A stretch of DNA of 61,069 nucleotides, counting the filler. It is 5 parts of 5 records of this genome, joined end to end, with 100 filler letters (N's around TTAATTAATTAA, not from the genome) between each part and the next. Parts side by side here need not be neighbours in the genome. Positions count along the whole stretch, not along the records: positions 1 to 16,827 come from SRR20825010_6770; positions 16,928 to 31,250 come from SRR20825010_6774; 3 more parts are not named here. One strand, written 5' to 3'. The first letter of the stretch is position 1. Each line of letters begins with the position of its first letter. Shown here piece by piece: positions 9,455-17,152 of this stretch. The notes beneath the pieces were generated by a model. That model saw only the letters and a list, made by a program, of their open reading frames with translations. It was not told where the DNA came from and did no database searches. The translations under genes were made by a program, and so were the position numbers.

Positions 9455-10571
9455 AACCGCGATACATTTCGTATTTCTGAAACTTGCATTCCAATTGCCC
9501 ATTGAAAAGCGGGATTTTCTTTGATGCTTTCAAATGCACACTTTTAAATGCCTCCATATTTGAGCTGATTATCCAGACATCAAAACCGACATAGTGGGTT
9601 TTCATAGTGTCTCCGATCATTTTGTAAAGGTCGTTCACGTTTTCTCCCAGGCGCTCGCCATAAGGTGGATTGGTGATGATCATGCCACTGGGTGTTTTTG
9701 GGAAATTCTTTTCGAATGCAATCCTGCGGATGGTTATAGAGTCGTTCATTCGCAGTTTTTTGATTGTTTTTTCGGCCAGTTTCACTGCTGAGAAGTCGAT
9801 ATCTCCACCGGAAATATTCAAAGTAGTTTTTCTCACATTGGCTTTAGCTTCCGAGAGCACCCGGTTCCAGATTGTGGGTTCATAACTGTTCCAGTTTTTA
9901 AATGCAAAATCTTTGCGATAGAGCTGCGGCGCTATGTTCATTCCCATCAATGCCGCTTCGAAGAGGATCGTGCCTGAGCCGCACATCGGATCTACGAGCG
10001 GGATGTCTTTGTTCCAACCTGCTAACATAAGTAAACCTGCAGCCAGCACTTCGTTCATGGGTGCTTTATGGCCGGGCTCGTGATAGCCTCGTTTATTTAG
10101 CGTGTCCCCCGAGCTATCCAGTGAAACCGTAAACTGATCCTGATAGGCATGCAGGTCAAACTGGATATCAGGCCTCTTGATGTCCACCGATGGGCGAATG
10201 CCTGTCTTGTTTCTAAACTGGTCTACAATGGCATCTTTTGTTTTCAGGGCAGCATATTGCGAATGCCGAAAATATTTGGAAAAGATGGTGTTGTCAATAG
10301 CAAAAGTCTGGTGGTTGGTGAGGTACTGCGACCAATCGAATTTATAGATCTCGTCGTAAAGCTCCTGCTCGTTTTGTGCCGTGAAATGGTAAATCGGCAC
10401 GAGTACTTTGAGCGCGGTTCGAAGCTGAAGATTGGCTTTGTATAGAAACTCAAGATTGCCTTCGCATGCCACCGATCGCTTTAGAATTTGGATGTTTTCA
10501 CCTCCTATTTGGGCGATCTCCTGGGCCAGAAGTTCCTCCAGCCCGTGCATGGTTTTAATGATTATTTTCAA
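9417..10571 (-). CDS. THUMP-domain class I SAM-dependent RNA methyltransferase (RlmL-like)
   Basis: KTMHGLEELLAQE, SLDSSG...KRGY, DPMCGSGT, ITNPPYGERL. Confidence 0.92.
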   Translation of the reverse strand: MKIIIKTMHGLEELLAQEIAQIGGENIQILKRSVACEGNLEFLYKANLQLRTALKVLVPIYHFTAQNEQELYDEIYKFDWSQYLTNHQTFAIDNTIFSKYFRHSQYAALKTKDAIVDQFRNKTGIRPSVDIKRPDIQFDLHAYQDQFTVSLDSSGDTLNKRGYHEPGHKAPMNEVLAAGLLMLAGWNKDIPLVDPMCGSGTILFEAALMGMNIAPQLYRKDFAFKNWNSYEPTIWNRVLSEAKANVRKTTLNISGGDIDFSAVKLAEKTIKKLRMNDSITIRRIAFEKNFPKTPSGMIITNPPYGERLGENVNDLYKMIGDTMKTHYVGFDVWIISSNMEAFKSVHLKASKKIPLFNGQLECKFQKYEMYRGSKEETRNPAGEQ

Positions 10572-10706
10572 CGTGTTGTCTTTTAAGTCGATCTATTTCC
10601 AGTCGCCTTTTTCTGAGCGCAAGTTAGAGAAACCGGAAGGAACTGCCGAGGATGCCTTGAATCATTTAGCAAACGAAGCGGTCTCCAAAAGAGGAGGTAT
10701 TGATTT

Positions 10707-11102
10707 TTAATTTTTCGGAGGCTCAATCAAATCCCAAAGGTTTCCATAGAGGTCGGCAAAGACAAGGACTTTTCCAAAATCCTCTGTTGAGGGTCCGCGA
10801 ACAATTTTTATATTGTGTGCAAGAAGATTCTGATAGTCACGATCGAGATCATCCGTATAGATGAATAGAAAAACACGCCCGCCTGTCTGGTTGCCAACAC
10901 GCAATTCTTGTTCGCCATCGACCGCCTTTGCCAGTAACAGTGAACAGCCGCCTTCACCTTGCGGTTTCACGACCACCCAGCGTTTTGTTTCACTCCTTCT
11001 CGTGTCTTCTATCAGCCGAAAATTTAATTTTTTGGTGTAAAAATCAATGGCTTCATCGTAATCCCTTACGACTAAAGCGATCTGCACTATTGCTTGGTTC
11101 AA
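10707..11102 (-). CDS. VOC/glyoxalase family protein
   Basis: IALVVRDYDEAIDFY, GNQTGGRVFLF, FADLYGNLWDLIE. Confidence 0.9.
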   Translation of the reverse strand: MNQAIVQIALVVRDYDEAIDFYTKKLNFRLIEDTRRSETKRWVVVKPQGEGGCSLLLAKAVDGEQELRVGNQTGGRVFLFIYTDDLDRDYQNLLAHNIKIVRGPSTEDFGKVLVFADLYGNLWDLIEPPKN

Positions 11103-11135
11103 GAGTTAATTTTTAGAAGATATAATATAGGCTTT

Positions 11136-12140
11136 TCAGGGCTTCAAACGGATACGCATCAGATAAGAATGTGCAGTTATATAAAGCACTGATTTATCTG
11201 CATTGAATCCACAATTGGCTGTGGCCTGTCCGGTCAGGATGGTGCCTAAATGTTCTCCATCAGGACTGATTATCAATACACCACCCGGTCCGGTGGCGAA
11301 GAGATTTCCGCTAGTGTCAATTTTTAACCCATCAGGTAGTCCCATTCGATCCATGCTCACCAGACTGGTAACATCCAAGAGCACTTTTCCGCTAACTACA
11401 TTCAGGTTTTCGTCCAGATCATAGGCGTAATATTTGGCCTTTCGAGGGTCGGAAACGGCCACATACAAAATCTTTTCATCGGGCGAAAGCGCAATCCCGT
11501 TCGGCCTTGACAGGCTATCCACCAAAAGAATAGGCTCCCCACCTTCTTTGATACTGTAAACACCCTGAATATCAAGCTCCCGGTCAGCCGCGGAACCCAA
11601 TCCATATGGAGGATCAGTGAAGAAAAACACGCCGGATGTGCTTATTGCCACGTCATTCGGACTGTTAAATCGTTTGCCCTCATAGGTGCTGGCAAGCGTT
11701 TCAAACTCCGATTTTGGAGTAACGGTCGAACTGCTCATTCGGGCCAGTTGCCTTTCACCATGCTGGCAGAGTATCAGGTTTCCTTCGCCATCCAGGGCAA
11801 GGCCATTGGCACCACCTTCCTTTAGTGGCTTATCCCCAAAGTAGCCAGATGGTTTTAGGTAAACGCTGATACTGTCTTCTTCCGTCCATTTGTAAACGGT
11901 GTTGTTGGGTACGTCAGAAAAAATCAACGCATTTTGATCTGCCAACCACAGCGGTCCCTCGCTCCATTTGAAGCCTTGTGCCAGTACTTCTATTTGGGCA
12001 TCTGCCGCGATAAGTTCATCCAATTTAGGATTAAGTCGCTCAATCGATCCGGTGGTGGCAAATTTTGGTTTTTTTGTTCCATTGCTGGTACAGCTTGAAA
12101 AAAGGATAAGCAGCGCTAATGGGTAAATGAATGGTTTCAT
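11136..12140 (-). CDS. SMP-30/gluconolactonase family lipoprotein
   Basis: Lipobox (FSSC); WSEGPLW, FNSPND, FTDPPYG, RPNGIALSPD, PDGLKID. Confidence 0.92.
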   Translation of the reverse strand: MKPFIYPLALLILFSSCTSNGTKKPKFATTGSIERLNPKLDELIAADAQIEVLAQGFKWSEGPLWLADQNALIFSDVPNNTVYKWTEEDSISVYLKPSGYFGDKPLKEGGANGLALDGEGNLILCQHGERQLARMSSSTVTPKSEFETLASTYEGKRFNSPNDVAISTSGVFFFTDPPYGLGSAADRELDIQGVYSIKEGGEPILLVDSLSRPNGIALSPDEKILYVAVSDPRKAKYYAYDLDENLNVVSGKVLLDVTSLVSMDRMGLPDGLKIDTSGNLFATGPGGVLIISPDGEHLGTILTGQATANCGFNADKSVLYITAHSYLMRIRLKP

Positions 12141-12204
12141 TGAGTTAGGTTTTTGTCGAAGATATTCAAATTGGGATTAATGCATTAAGATAGAATCGGA
12201 TGCA

Positions 12205-12813
12205 TCAATCATGATCGTCCCACGCGGTGACGCCCGCACGAATCTCAATGGCCAAATCATTTTCCCTCGGTGGTATGGGACAGGAGTAGCGATGGCTGTA
12301 TGCGCAGTAGGGATTGTAGGATTTGTTGAAATTGAGAATCAGCGTTTCTGAAGATGGAATTCGTAAATCCATGTAGCGACCACCACCGTAGCTCCCTTCA
12401 CCATTCGTGTCATCCGTGAAGGGGATGAAAAGGTAATCTTCATAACCTTCTTTTTGTGTGAGGCTTTCATTTTGATAGACAGAGAGCACAAATTCCTCAC
12501 CGTCCAACGTAAAAGTCGCTGTACCGTATTTCACATAGATAGGAAGTCGGTCGGTAGATGTAGGCATCTTGAATGGAGTTTCGTCCGGAGTTCGTTCAAA
12601 CCGGGCCGCTACAATGTACTTGGTGTCGATTGGGAAGAATTCCAACTTGATGAATTCCGCAAGATCTTCTTTGTCGAGCGGGGATTCTTCAGGGTTTCGA
12701 AATTCCTGATTGAGCTCTTTCTGCCATTTTTTAATTTCTTTGATTTCTTTTTTCTGAGAAAGGGCTGGTGCAATTAGACTCAGTGTGAGTAGAATGGAAA
12801 AGATATTTTTCAT
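12205..12813 (-). CDS. DUF1684 domain protein
   Basis: Signal peptide; FIPFTDDTNGEGSYGGGRYMD, FNKSYNPYCAY, SCPIPPREN. Confidence 0.9.
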   Translation of the reverse strand: MKNIFSILLTLSLIAPALSQKKEIKEIKKWQKELNQEFRNPEESPLDKEDLAEFIKLEFFPIDTKYIVAARFERTPDETPFKMPTSTDRLPIYVKYGTATFTLDGEEFVLSVYQNESLTQKEGYEDYLFIPFTDDTNGEGSYGGGRYMDLRIPSSETLILNFNKSYNPYCAYSHRYSCPIPPRENDLAIEIRAGVTAWDDHD

Positions 12814-12920
12814 CGCCTAAAGTTGCGTGCTTCTGTTCGCAATCACAATAGAAAGATTTTGTTTTGAAATAGTACGATCAAAAGATTTAACTATCTTAAT
12901 TTCATATTTTAAAATCCAAA

Positions 12921-14099
12921 ATGAAAGTTCCGTTTCTCTTCCTATTGCTATTAGCTTCCTTGCTGGTTTCCGGTCAGATGATCGAATTTGAAGAACCCGA
13001 TTGGAAAAACGCCATGGACAAGTCCAAAAAGGAAGGGAAGTTGTTGATGGTGTATATGAACACGGTTTGGTGCGAGCCATGTCTGGAAATGGAGCAGGGA
13101 ACCTTTCAAATGCCGGATGCCTACGCCTTTTATTCAAAAAACTTTGTGAATGTGCCTTTCGATTCGGAGGCCTTTCCGGGTGCAGAGATCGCTGACAGAT
13201 ACAGTGTATATACCTACCCGGCTTTCCTTTTTATCAACAGCTACGGCGAGTTGATCCACAAAGGATGCGGCTGGATGGACGAGGAGGATTTTCTCCAACT
13301 GGGAGCAGATGCACTTAGCGAAGAGAAGACTTTGATGAGTTTTAAAAAGAGATACACCAAAGGCGAGCGGTCTCCACAGTTTTTGGCTGACTATTCCTAT
13401 TTACTCGATGTTTCCTGTGGAAATGTGGCCGATTTAGTCGCAAGTTTTTATAAAGAACTTCCAAAGGAAAAGTGGACAGAGGAAGCATCCTGGACCATGA
13501 TCAATTTGAATATTTATGATGTATTCAGTCCGCAGTTTGATTTCCTCACAGCGAACCAGGACCAATTCGCCAGCTTGTATGGAAAAGACACGGTGGAGGC
13601 TAAAATTTACGACGTGTTGCTCCGACAGTTTATTCAGATTTACGAAGGGGCTGACCTGACTTTGTTTGCCAATCAGGCCTTGCAAAAGCGAATGTCCGAT
13701 TTGGATTTCAAAAAGAAAAACGAACTGCAATCGATGATCGACCTTCAGTATTCGGAGTTGATTGGCGACTGGATGCTTTATGGAAATAGCGTGCTGAAGG
13801 TGATCAAGGAGCAGGAAGTGACGGATGCCGATCAGTTGAACGAATTTGCCTGGAAGTTTTATTTATACGTGGATAATGAGGCGCAAATTGAAGCGGCCAT
13901 CAACTGGATGGAGACCTTGCTTCGTAAACAAAAAACCGCCAGCACGCTGGACACCTACGCCTCGCTGCTCTTCAAAGCAGGACGACAAAAAGATGCGATG
14001 AAATGGGAAAAGGAAGCCCTGAAAAAAGCCACTGAGGAATTAGAAGAATTGACCCATTACCAGCTCCAGATGGAGAAATTTCGGTTGGGAGGGGAGTAA
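12921..14099 (+). CDS. Exported thioredoxin family protein (WCEPC) with helical C-terminal region
   Basis: Signal peptide; TVWCEPC, YPAFLFIN; QLNEFAWKFY and LDTYASLLFK TPR-like tail. Confidence 0.85.
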   Translation: MKVPFLFLLLLASLLVSGQMIEFEEPDWKNAMDKSKKEGKLLMVYMNTVWCEPCLEMEQGTFQMPDAYAFYSKNFVNVPFDSEAFPGAEIADRYSVYTYPAFLFINSYGELIHKGCGWMDEEDFLQLGADALSEEKTLMSFKKRYTKGERSPQFLADYSYLLDVSCGNVADLVASFYKELPKEKWTEEASWTMINLNIYDVFSPQFDFLTANQDQFASLYGKDTVEAKIYDVLLRQFIQIYEGADLTLFANQALQKRMSDLDFKKKNELQSMIDLQYSELIGDWMLYGNSVLKVIKEQEVTDADQLNEFAWKFYLYVDNEAQIEAAINWMETLLRKQKTASTLDTYASLLFKAGRQKDAMKWEKEALKKATEELEELTHYQLQMEKFRLGGE

Positions 14100-14102
14100 T
14101 TG
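14076..14102 (+). repeat. Direct repeat copy 1 (3' end of thioredoxin gene, KFRLGGE*)
   Basis: AAATTTCGGTTGGGAGGGGAGTAATTG; 24/27 identical to 14923-14949. Confidence 0.8.
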
Positions 14103-14136
14103 CGGCTTGAACTTTCCTTAAACCCAGCCAGAAAGT

Positions 14137-14161
14137 AAAAGTTCACTTAATGTGAACTTTT
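14137..14161. promoter_or_regulatory. Palindromic operator upstream of higBA
   Basis: AAAAGTTCAC-TTAAT-GTGAACTTTT, a perfect 10-bp inverted repeat 22 nt before the higB ATG. Confidence 0.75.
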
Positions 14162-14183
14162 TGTGTGATTTATGTACTTTTAC

Positions 14184-14478
14184 ATGAAAGTCCATTTAAT
14201 TAAGAAGCAAACCATCCTTTGAGAATTGGTTAGAAACGTTGAAGGGTTCGGATTGGGCTAAGCCTTCGGATATTAAAAGGACATTTGCGACTGCAGACTT
14301 ATTGGGAAATGGATGTAATAGAGTGGTATTTGATGTTGGCGGGAATAACTATCGAATGATCTGTAAGTATGCTTTTGGAAAGAAAATGATTCACCTATTT
14401 GTATGTTGGATCGGAACTCATGCGGCGTATGATAAAATATGCGATAGAGAGGAGCAGTACACGATAAATAGATATTGA
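14184..14478 (+). pseudogene. higB: HigB-family toxin, frame-disrupted near the N-terminus
   Basis: ATG 14184 gives MKVHLIKKQTIL then TGA (14220-14222). The +1 frame continues FENWLETLKGSDW...NRVVFDVGGNNYRMICKY...WIGTHAAYDKI, which are HigB_toxin motifs. Confidence 0.8.
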
Positions 14479-14479
14479 A

Positions 14480-14899
14480 ATGGAAACCCTGAAATATAAA
14501 GTAATCAAATCCAGAAAGCAGTATGATGAATACTGCGAGGTACTCGAAGAACTGGTTTTTTCGGATTCCCCTGCCAGTGAAGATGAGATTGAGTTATTGA
14601 CCTTACTTGTTGAAAATTACGATCAGAAAAACAACTCATTCTCGAATGTTGATCCGATCGCGGTACTCAGGTCGTTAATGCATGATCACAAGCTGAAGGC
14701 GAAAGATTTGGTGCCGATTTTGGGGGTCAGTAAAGGTCTGGTTTCAGATATTTTGAATTACAAAAAAGGTCTTTCAAAAGATGTGATTCGCAAGTTGTCC
14801 TCACATTTCTCAATGGATCAGGAAGCTTTCAATCGTTCCTATTCCCTGGTAGATCAAACTACTACTTCACGATCACATTTGGAGACCGCACCAGTCTAA
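14480..14899 (+). CDS. higA: HigA-family HTH antitoxin
   Basis: IKSRKQYDEY, ELLTLLVENYD, DPIAVLRSLM, HTH LKAKDLVPILGVSKGLVSDILNYKKGLSK; directly follows higB. Confidence 0.88.
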   Translation: METLKYKVIKSRKQYDEYCEVLEELVFSDSPASEDEIELLTLLVENYDQKNNSFSNVDPIAVLRSLMHDHKLKAKDLVPILGVSKGLVSDILNYKKGLSKDVIRKLSSHFSMDQEAFNRSYSLVDQTTTSRSHLETAPV

Positions 14900-14922
14900 G
14901 CTTGGATGAGCGTATGGAAGGA

Positions 14923-14949
14923 AAGTTTCGGTTGGGAGGAGAGTGATTG
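14923..14949 (+). repeat. Direct repeat copy 2 (duplicate of thioredoxin gene 3' end)
   Basis: AAGTTTCGGTTGGGAGGAGAGTGATTG; its three differences from copy 1 are AAA/AAG, GGG/GGA and TAA/TGA. Confidence 0.8.
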
Positions 14950-15050
14950 TTTCAGAATTGAGTTATCCGCTGTTGTGCAGAAGGTGGATCAGGATGTGCT
15001 GGAGCATATGATAAAAGAATGAAGGGAATCTTTCTTTTTCGATTCTATAC

Positions 15051-15118
15051 TGTAAAGAAAGTGGGAAATACTTTACATTATAGTTTTATAATGTAAAGGA
15101 AAATAGAAAAACTTAACA
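15051..15118. promoter_or_regulatory. Tandem palindromic operator pair upstream of the Fic remnant
   Basis: TGTAAAG-N13-CTTTACA (15051-15077) and TGTAAAG-N13-CTTAACA (15092-15118); central perfect 12-bp inverted repeat CTTTACATTATA-N4-TATAATGTAAAG (15071-15098). Confidence 0.7.
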
Positions 15119-15125
15119 TTTAAAC

Positions 15126-15281
15126 ATGGCTTGGCAACTATCACCACTTCCATATTCGGTAGACCTTGTGACCAGGCAGGTACTCAAGGATTTTACCAAT
15201 ACACACCGGGCACTTGCGGAGCTCAAAGGTGGGGCCAGAAGCATTCGACGGCAAGACATTCTGATCAATTCAATGGCATTG
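15126..15281 (+). pseudogene. Fic family protein, N-terminal fragment only
   Basis: LSPLPYSVDLVTRQVLKDFTNTHRALAELKGGARSIRRQDILINSMAL resembles the Fic N-terminal domain (RALAELKG...ILIN). Similarity stops there and no Fic motif follows. Confidence 0.7.
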
Positions 15282-15595
15282 CGGTCATTCAGAAATACAG
15301 CGACCATTCGTTCTTCACCGGCAATCAGGAGTGGCAACCCAAAACCGATTGCTTCGATGAATTGGGAGCCGAAACCATCATGAAGCACTACGGTATCGAC
15401 TGCAATGTAATGGCCGATATCCTCCTCTTCAGGCGGACGGCTAGTCGTATGACTATTTCATCAGCCACGGCATGCTCACCCACATCACCACCAATTTGAA
15501 TAGCTCGGAGAGTTTACGGTTGCCGGGTACGATCTAGGTTTAAAGAGCAATGCAATCTAATTTCATTTTGTAGTGTGGTTGATAAGAGGATATGA
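15266..15595 (+). pseudogene. C-terminal remnant of a DnaC/IstB-like P-loop ATPase of the kind carried by Bacteroidota mobile elements
   Basis: Spread over three segments separated by two frameshifts: VIQKYS...DCFDELGAETIMKHYGIDCNVMADILL / YDYFISHGMLTHITTNLNSSE / RVYGCRVRSRFKEQCNLISF...DKRI*. These give a Walker-B-like motif, an ITTN sensor and a YGxRVRSR motif. Walker A is missing. Confidence 0.65.
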
Positions 15596-15670
15596 ATGGT
15601 GCGAACGGACTTGGTACGGACTTGATAGGGCGATGGTACTTAGATAGGAATAGCCGAAACCACCATAATT

Positions 15671-15722
15671 GTCAGGTTATACCCTTACATTATATTTTAT
15701 TTAGTCAGGTTATACCCTTACA
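15671..15722. promoter_or_regulatory. 19-bp direct repeat operator pair upstream of mobile mystery protein A
   Basis: GTCAGGTTATACCCTTACA exactly at 15671-15689 and 15704-15722; each copy is quasi-palindromic. Confidence 0.75.
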
Positions 15723-15725
15723 AAG

Positions 15726-16184
15726 ATGAACAAGCAAAGACTGTTAATTGATCAATTGGGTACTAAATTAAGACCATTCGTTTCCATCGGGCAGGTAGTT
15801 CCTCCTCCCACCGGATGGATTAAGGTCGTTCGTAAAGCCCTGGGGATATCCCTACAGCAGCTTGGCAACAAGCTTTCCATCTCAAAGCAAAGTGCATCTG
15901 AGATTGAGCAACGGGAGCAAGACGGTAGTCTCACTTTGCGGTCTTTGCGAGGAGCAGCCAATGCTCTGGACATGCACCTCGTCTATGGCCTTGTTCCCAA
16001 AGACGGTACTTTGGATGCCCTGATAGAAAGGAAAGCCAGAGTGCTTGCCACAAAAATTGTATCCAGGACTTCAAACACCATGAAGCTGGAGGATCAGGAA
16101 AATTCCGAGGAACGCATTAAAAAAGCCATTGACCAAAGGACAGATGAGCTCAAACGAGAAATGCCTAAGATACTATGGGATTGA
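15726..16184 (+). CDS. Mobile mystery protein A (HTH/XRE)
   Basis: PPTGWIKVVRKALGISLQQLG, EQREQDGSLTL, HLVYGLVP, MKLEDQ, terminal LWD; overlaps the downstream Fic gene. Confidence 0.88.
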   Translation: MNKQRLLIDQLGTKLRPFVSIGQVVPPPTGWIKVVRKALGISLQQLGNKLSISKQSASEIEQREQDGSLTLRSLRGAANALDMHLVYGLVPKDGTLDALIERKARVLATKIVSRTSNTMKLEDQENSEERIKKAIDQRTDELKREMPKILWD

Positions 16185-16771
16185 ATTTCGATTACATCGA
16201 TAGCCAAACCCCTCTTGATGAAGAAGAGAAGAAAGGGTTACGCATCCCGACGATCTCCACGCGAGAGGAATTGGATGAATTCGAACAGCAAAATATTGAG
16301 GAGGCGCTTCAATGGTTGCTGACAAGAAAATTCAAACCTGATCAAGTCTTTTTAGAGAAATTCCTAATGAATCTCCACAAGCGAATGTTTGGTGAGGTCT
16401 GGTAATGGGCTGGCCAATTTCGTACCTCTCAGAAAAACATTGCTGTTGATTATTGGCAGATATCCACCCAGCTGAGAATGCTATTGGAGGATGCAATGCT
16501 TTGGCATAAGGACTCAGTTTTTGAACCAGATGAAATGGCGATAAGGTTCAAGCACCGACTAGTCAGCATACACTGCTTTCCGAATGGCAATGGCCGAAGC
16601 AGCAGACAGATGGCAGATATCATTATAGAGAAAATTTATGGCAGAGAAGTTTTTGCCTGGGGAACCGGGGATCTCTTTTCTAGTGGTCAATCCAGAACAA
16701 ATTATTTAAAGACTATTAAGCTTGCCGATAATGGAGAAATTTTACCATTGATTGAGTTTGCAAAAAGTTAA
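16175..16771 (+). pseudogene. Mobile mystery protein B (Fic/Doc) with in-frame TAA
   Basis: TPLDEEE...ELDEFEQQNI...LHKRMFGEVW-TAA(16403-16405)-WAGQFRTSQKNI...HRLVSIHCFPNGNGRSSR. Both ORF-track pieces are in the same frame. Confidence 0.88.
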
Positions 16772-16827
16772 AAGCGCAATATTGAGCTTAAAAAAGCCCG
16801 CCTTCGTTTTCTCTAAATGAAAACTTC

Positions 16828-16927
16828 NNNNNNNNNNNNNNNNNNNNNNNNNNNNNNNNNNNNNNNNNNNNTTAATTAATTAANNNNNNNNNNNNNNNNN
16901 NNNNNNNNNNNNNNNNNNNNNNNNNNN
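16828..16927. other. Artificial contig spacer
   Basis: N run containing TTAATTAATTAA (stops in all six frames). Confidence 0.98.
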
Positions 16928-17152
16928 CCAAGCGGACAGGGGTCGGTCTGCCGACGTGTCGAAATGCACCACCTGCTGGCGCGCATGCACACCAGTGTCG
17001 GTTCTGCCTGCACACACCAACACCAGCGGTTCGTGGGCAATTGCTTCAATGGCTTTGGTCAGGTGGTCTTGTACGGTGCGGCCATGGGGTTGGGTTTGCC
17101 AACCTTCAAAGTCATGACCGTCATAACAAAGGCCCAAGGCCACCCGATTCAT
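16928..17152 (-). CDS. truA: tRNA pseudouridine(38-40) synthase (partial, N-terminus)
   Basis: YDGHDFEGWQTQ, CAGRTDTGVHA; follows fimV. Confidence 0.93.

Noticed and set aside
14950..15022. Short open stretch ELSAVVQKVDQDVLEHMIKE*
   Set aside because: May be a gene tail remnant but is too short to assign
15671..15722. 19-bp repeat pair as a mini-CRISPR
   Set aside because: Only two copies, 14 nt apart, directly before an HTH gene; an operator is the better explanation
16872..16883. TTAATTAATTAA palindrome recurring four times
   Set aside because: Artificial linker inside N runs, not a biological repeat; ORFs containing X residues run into these spacers
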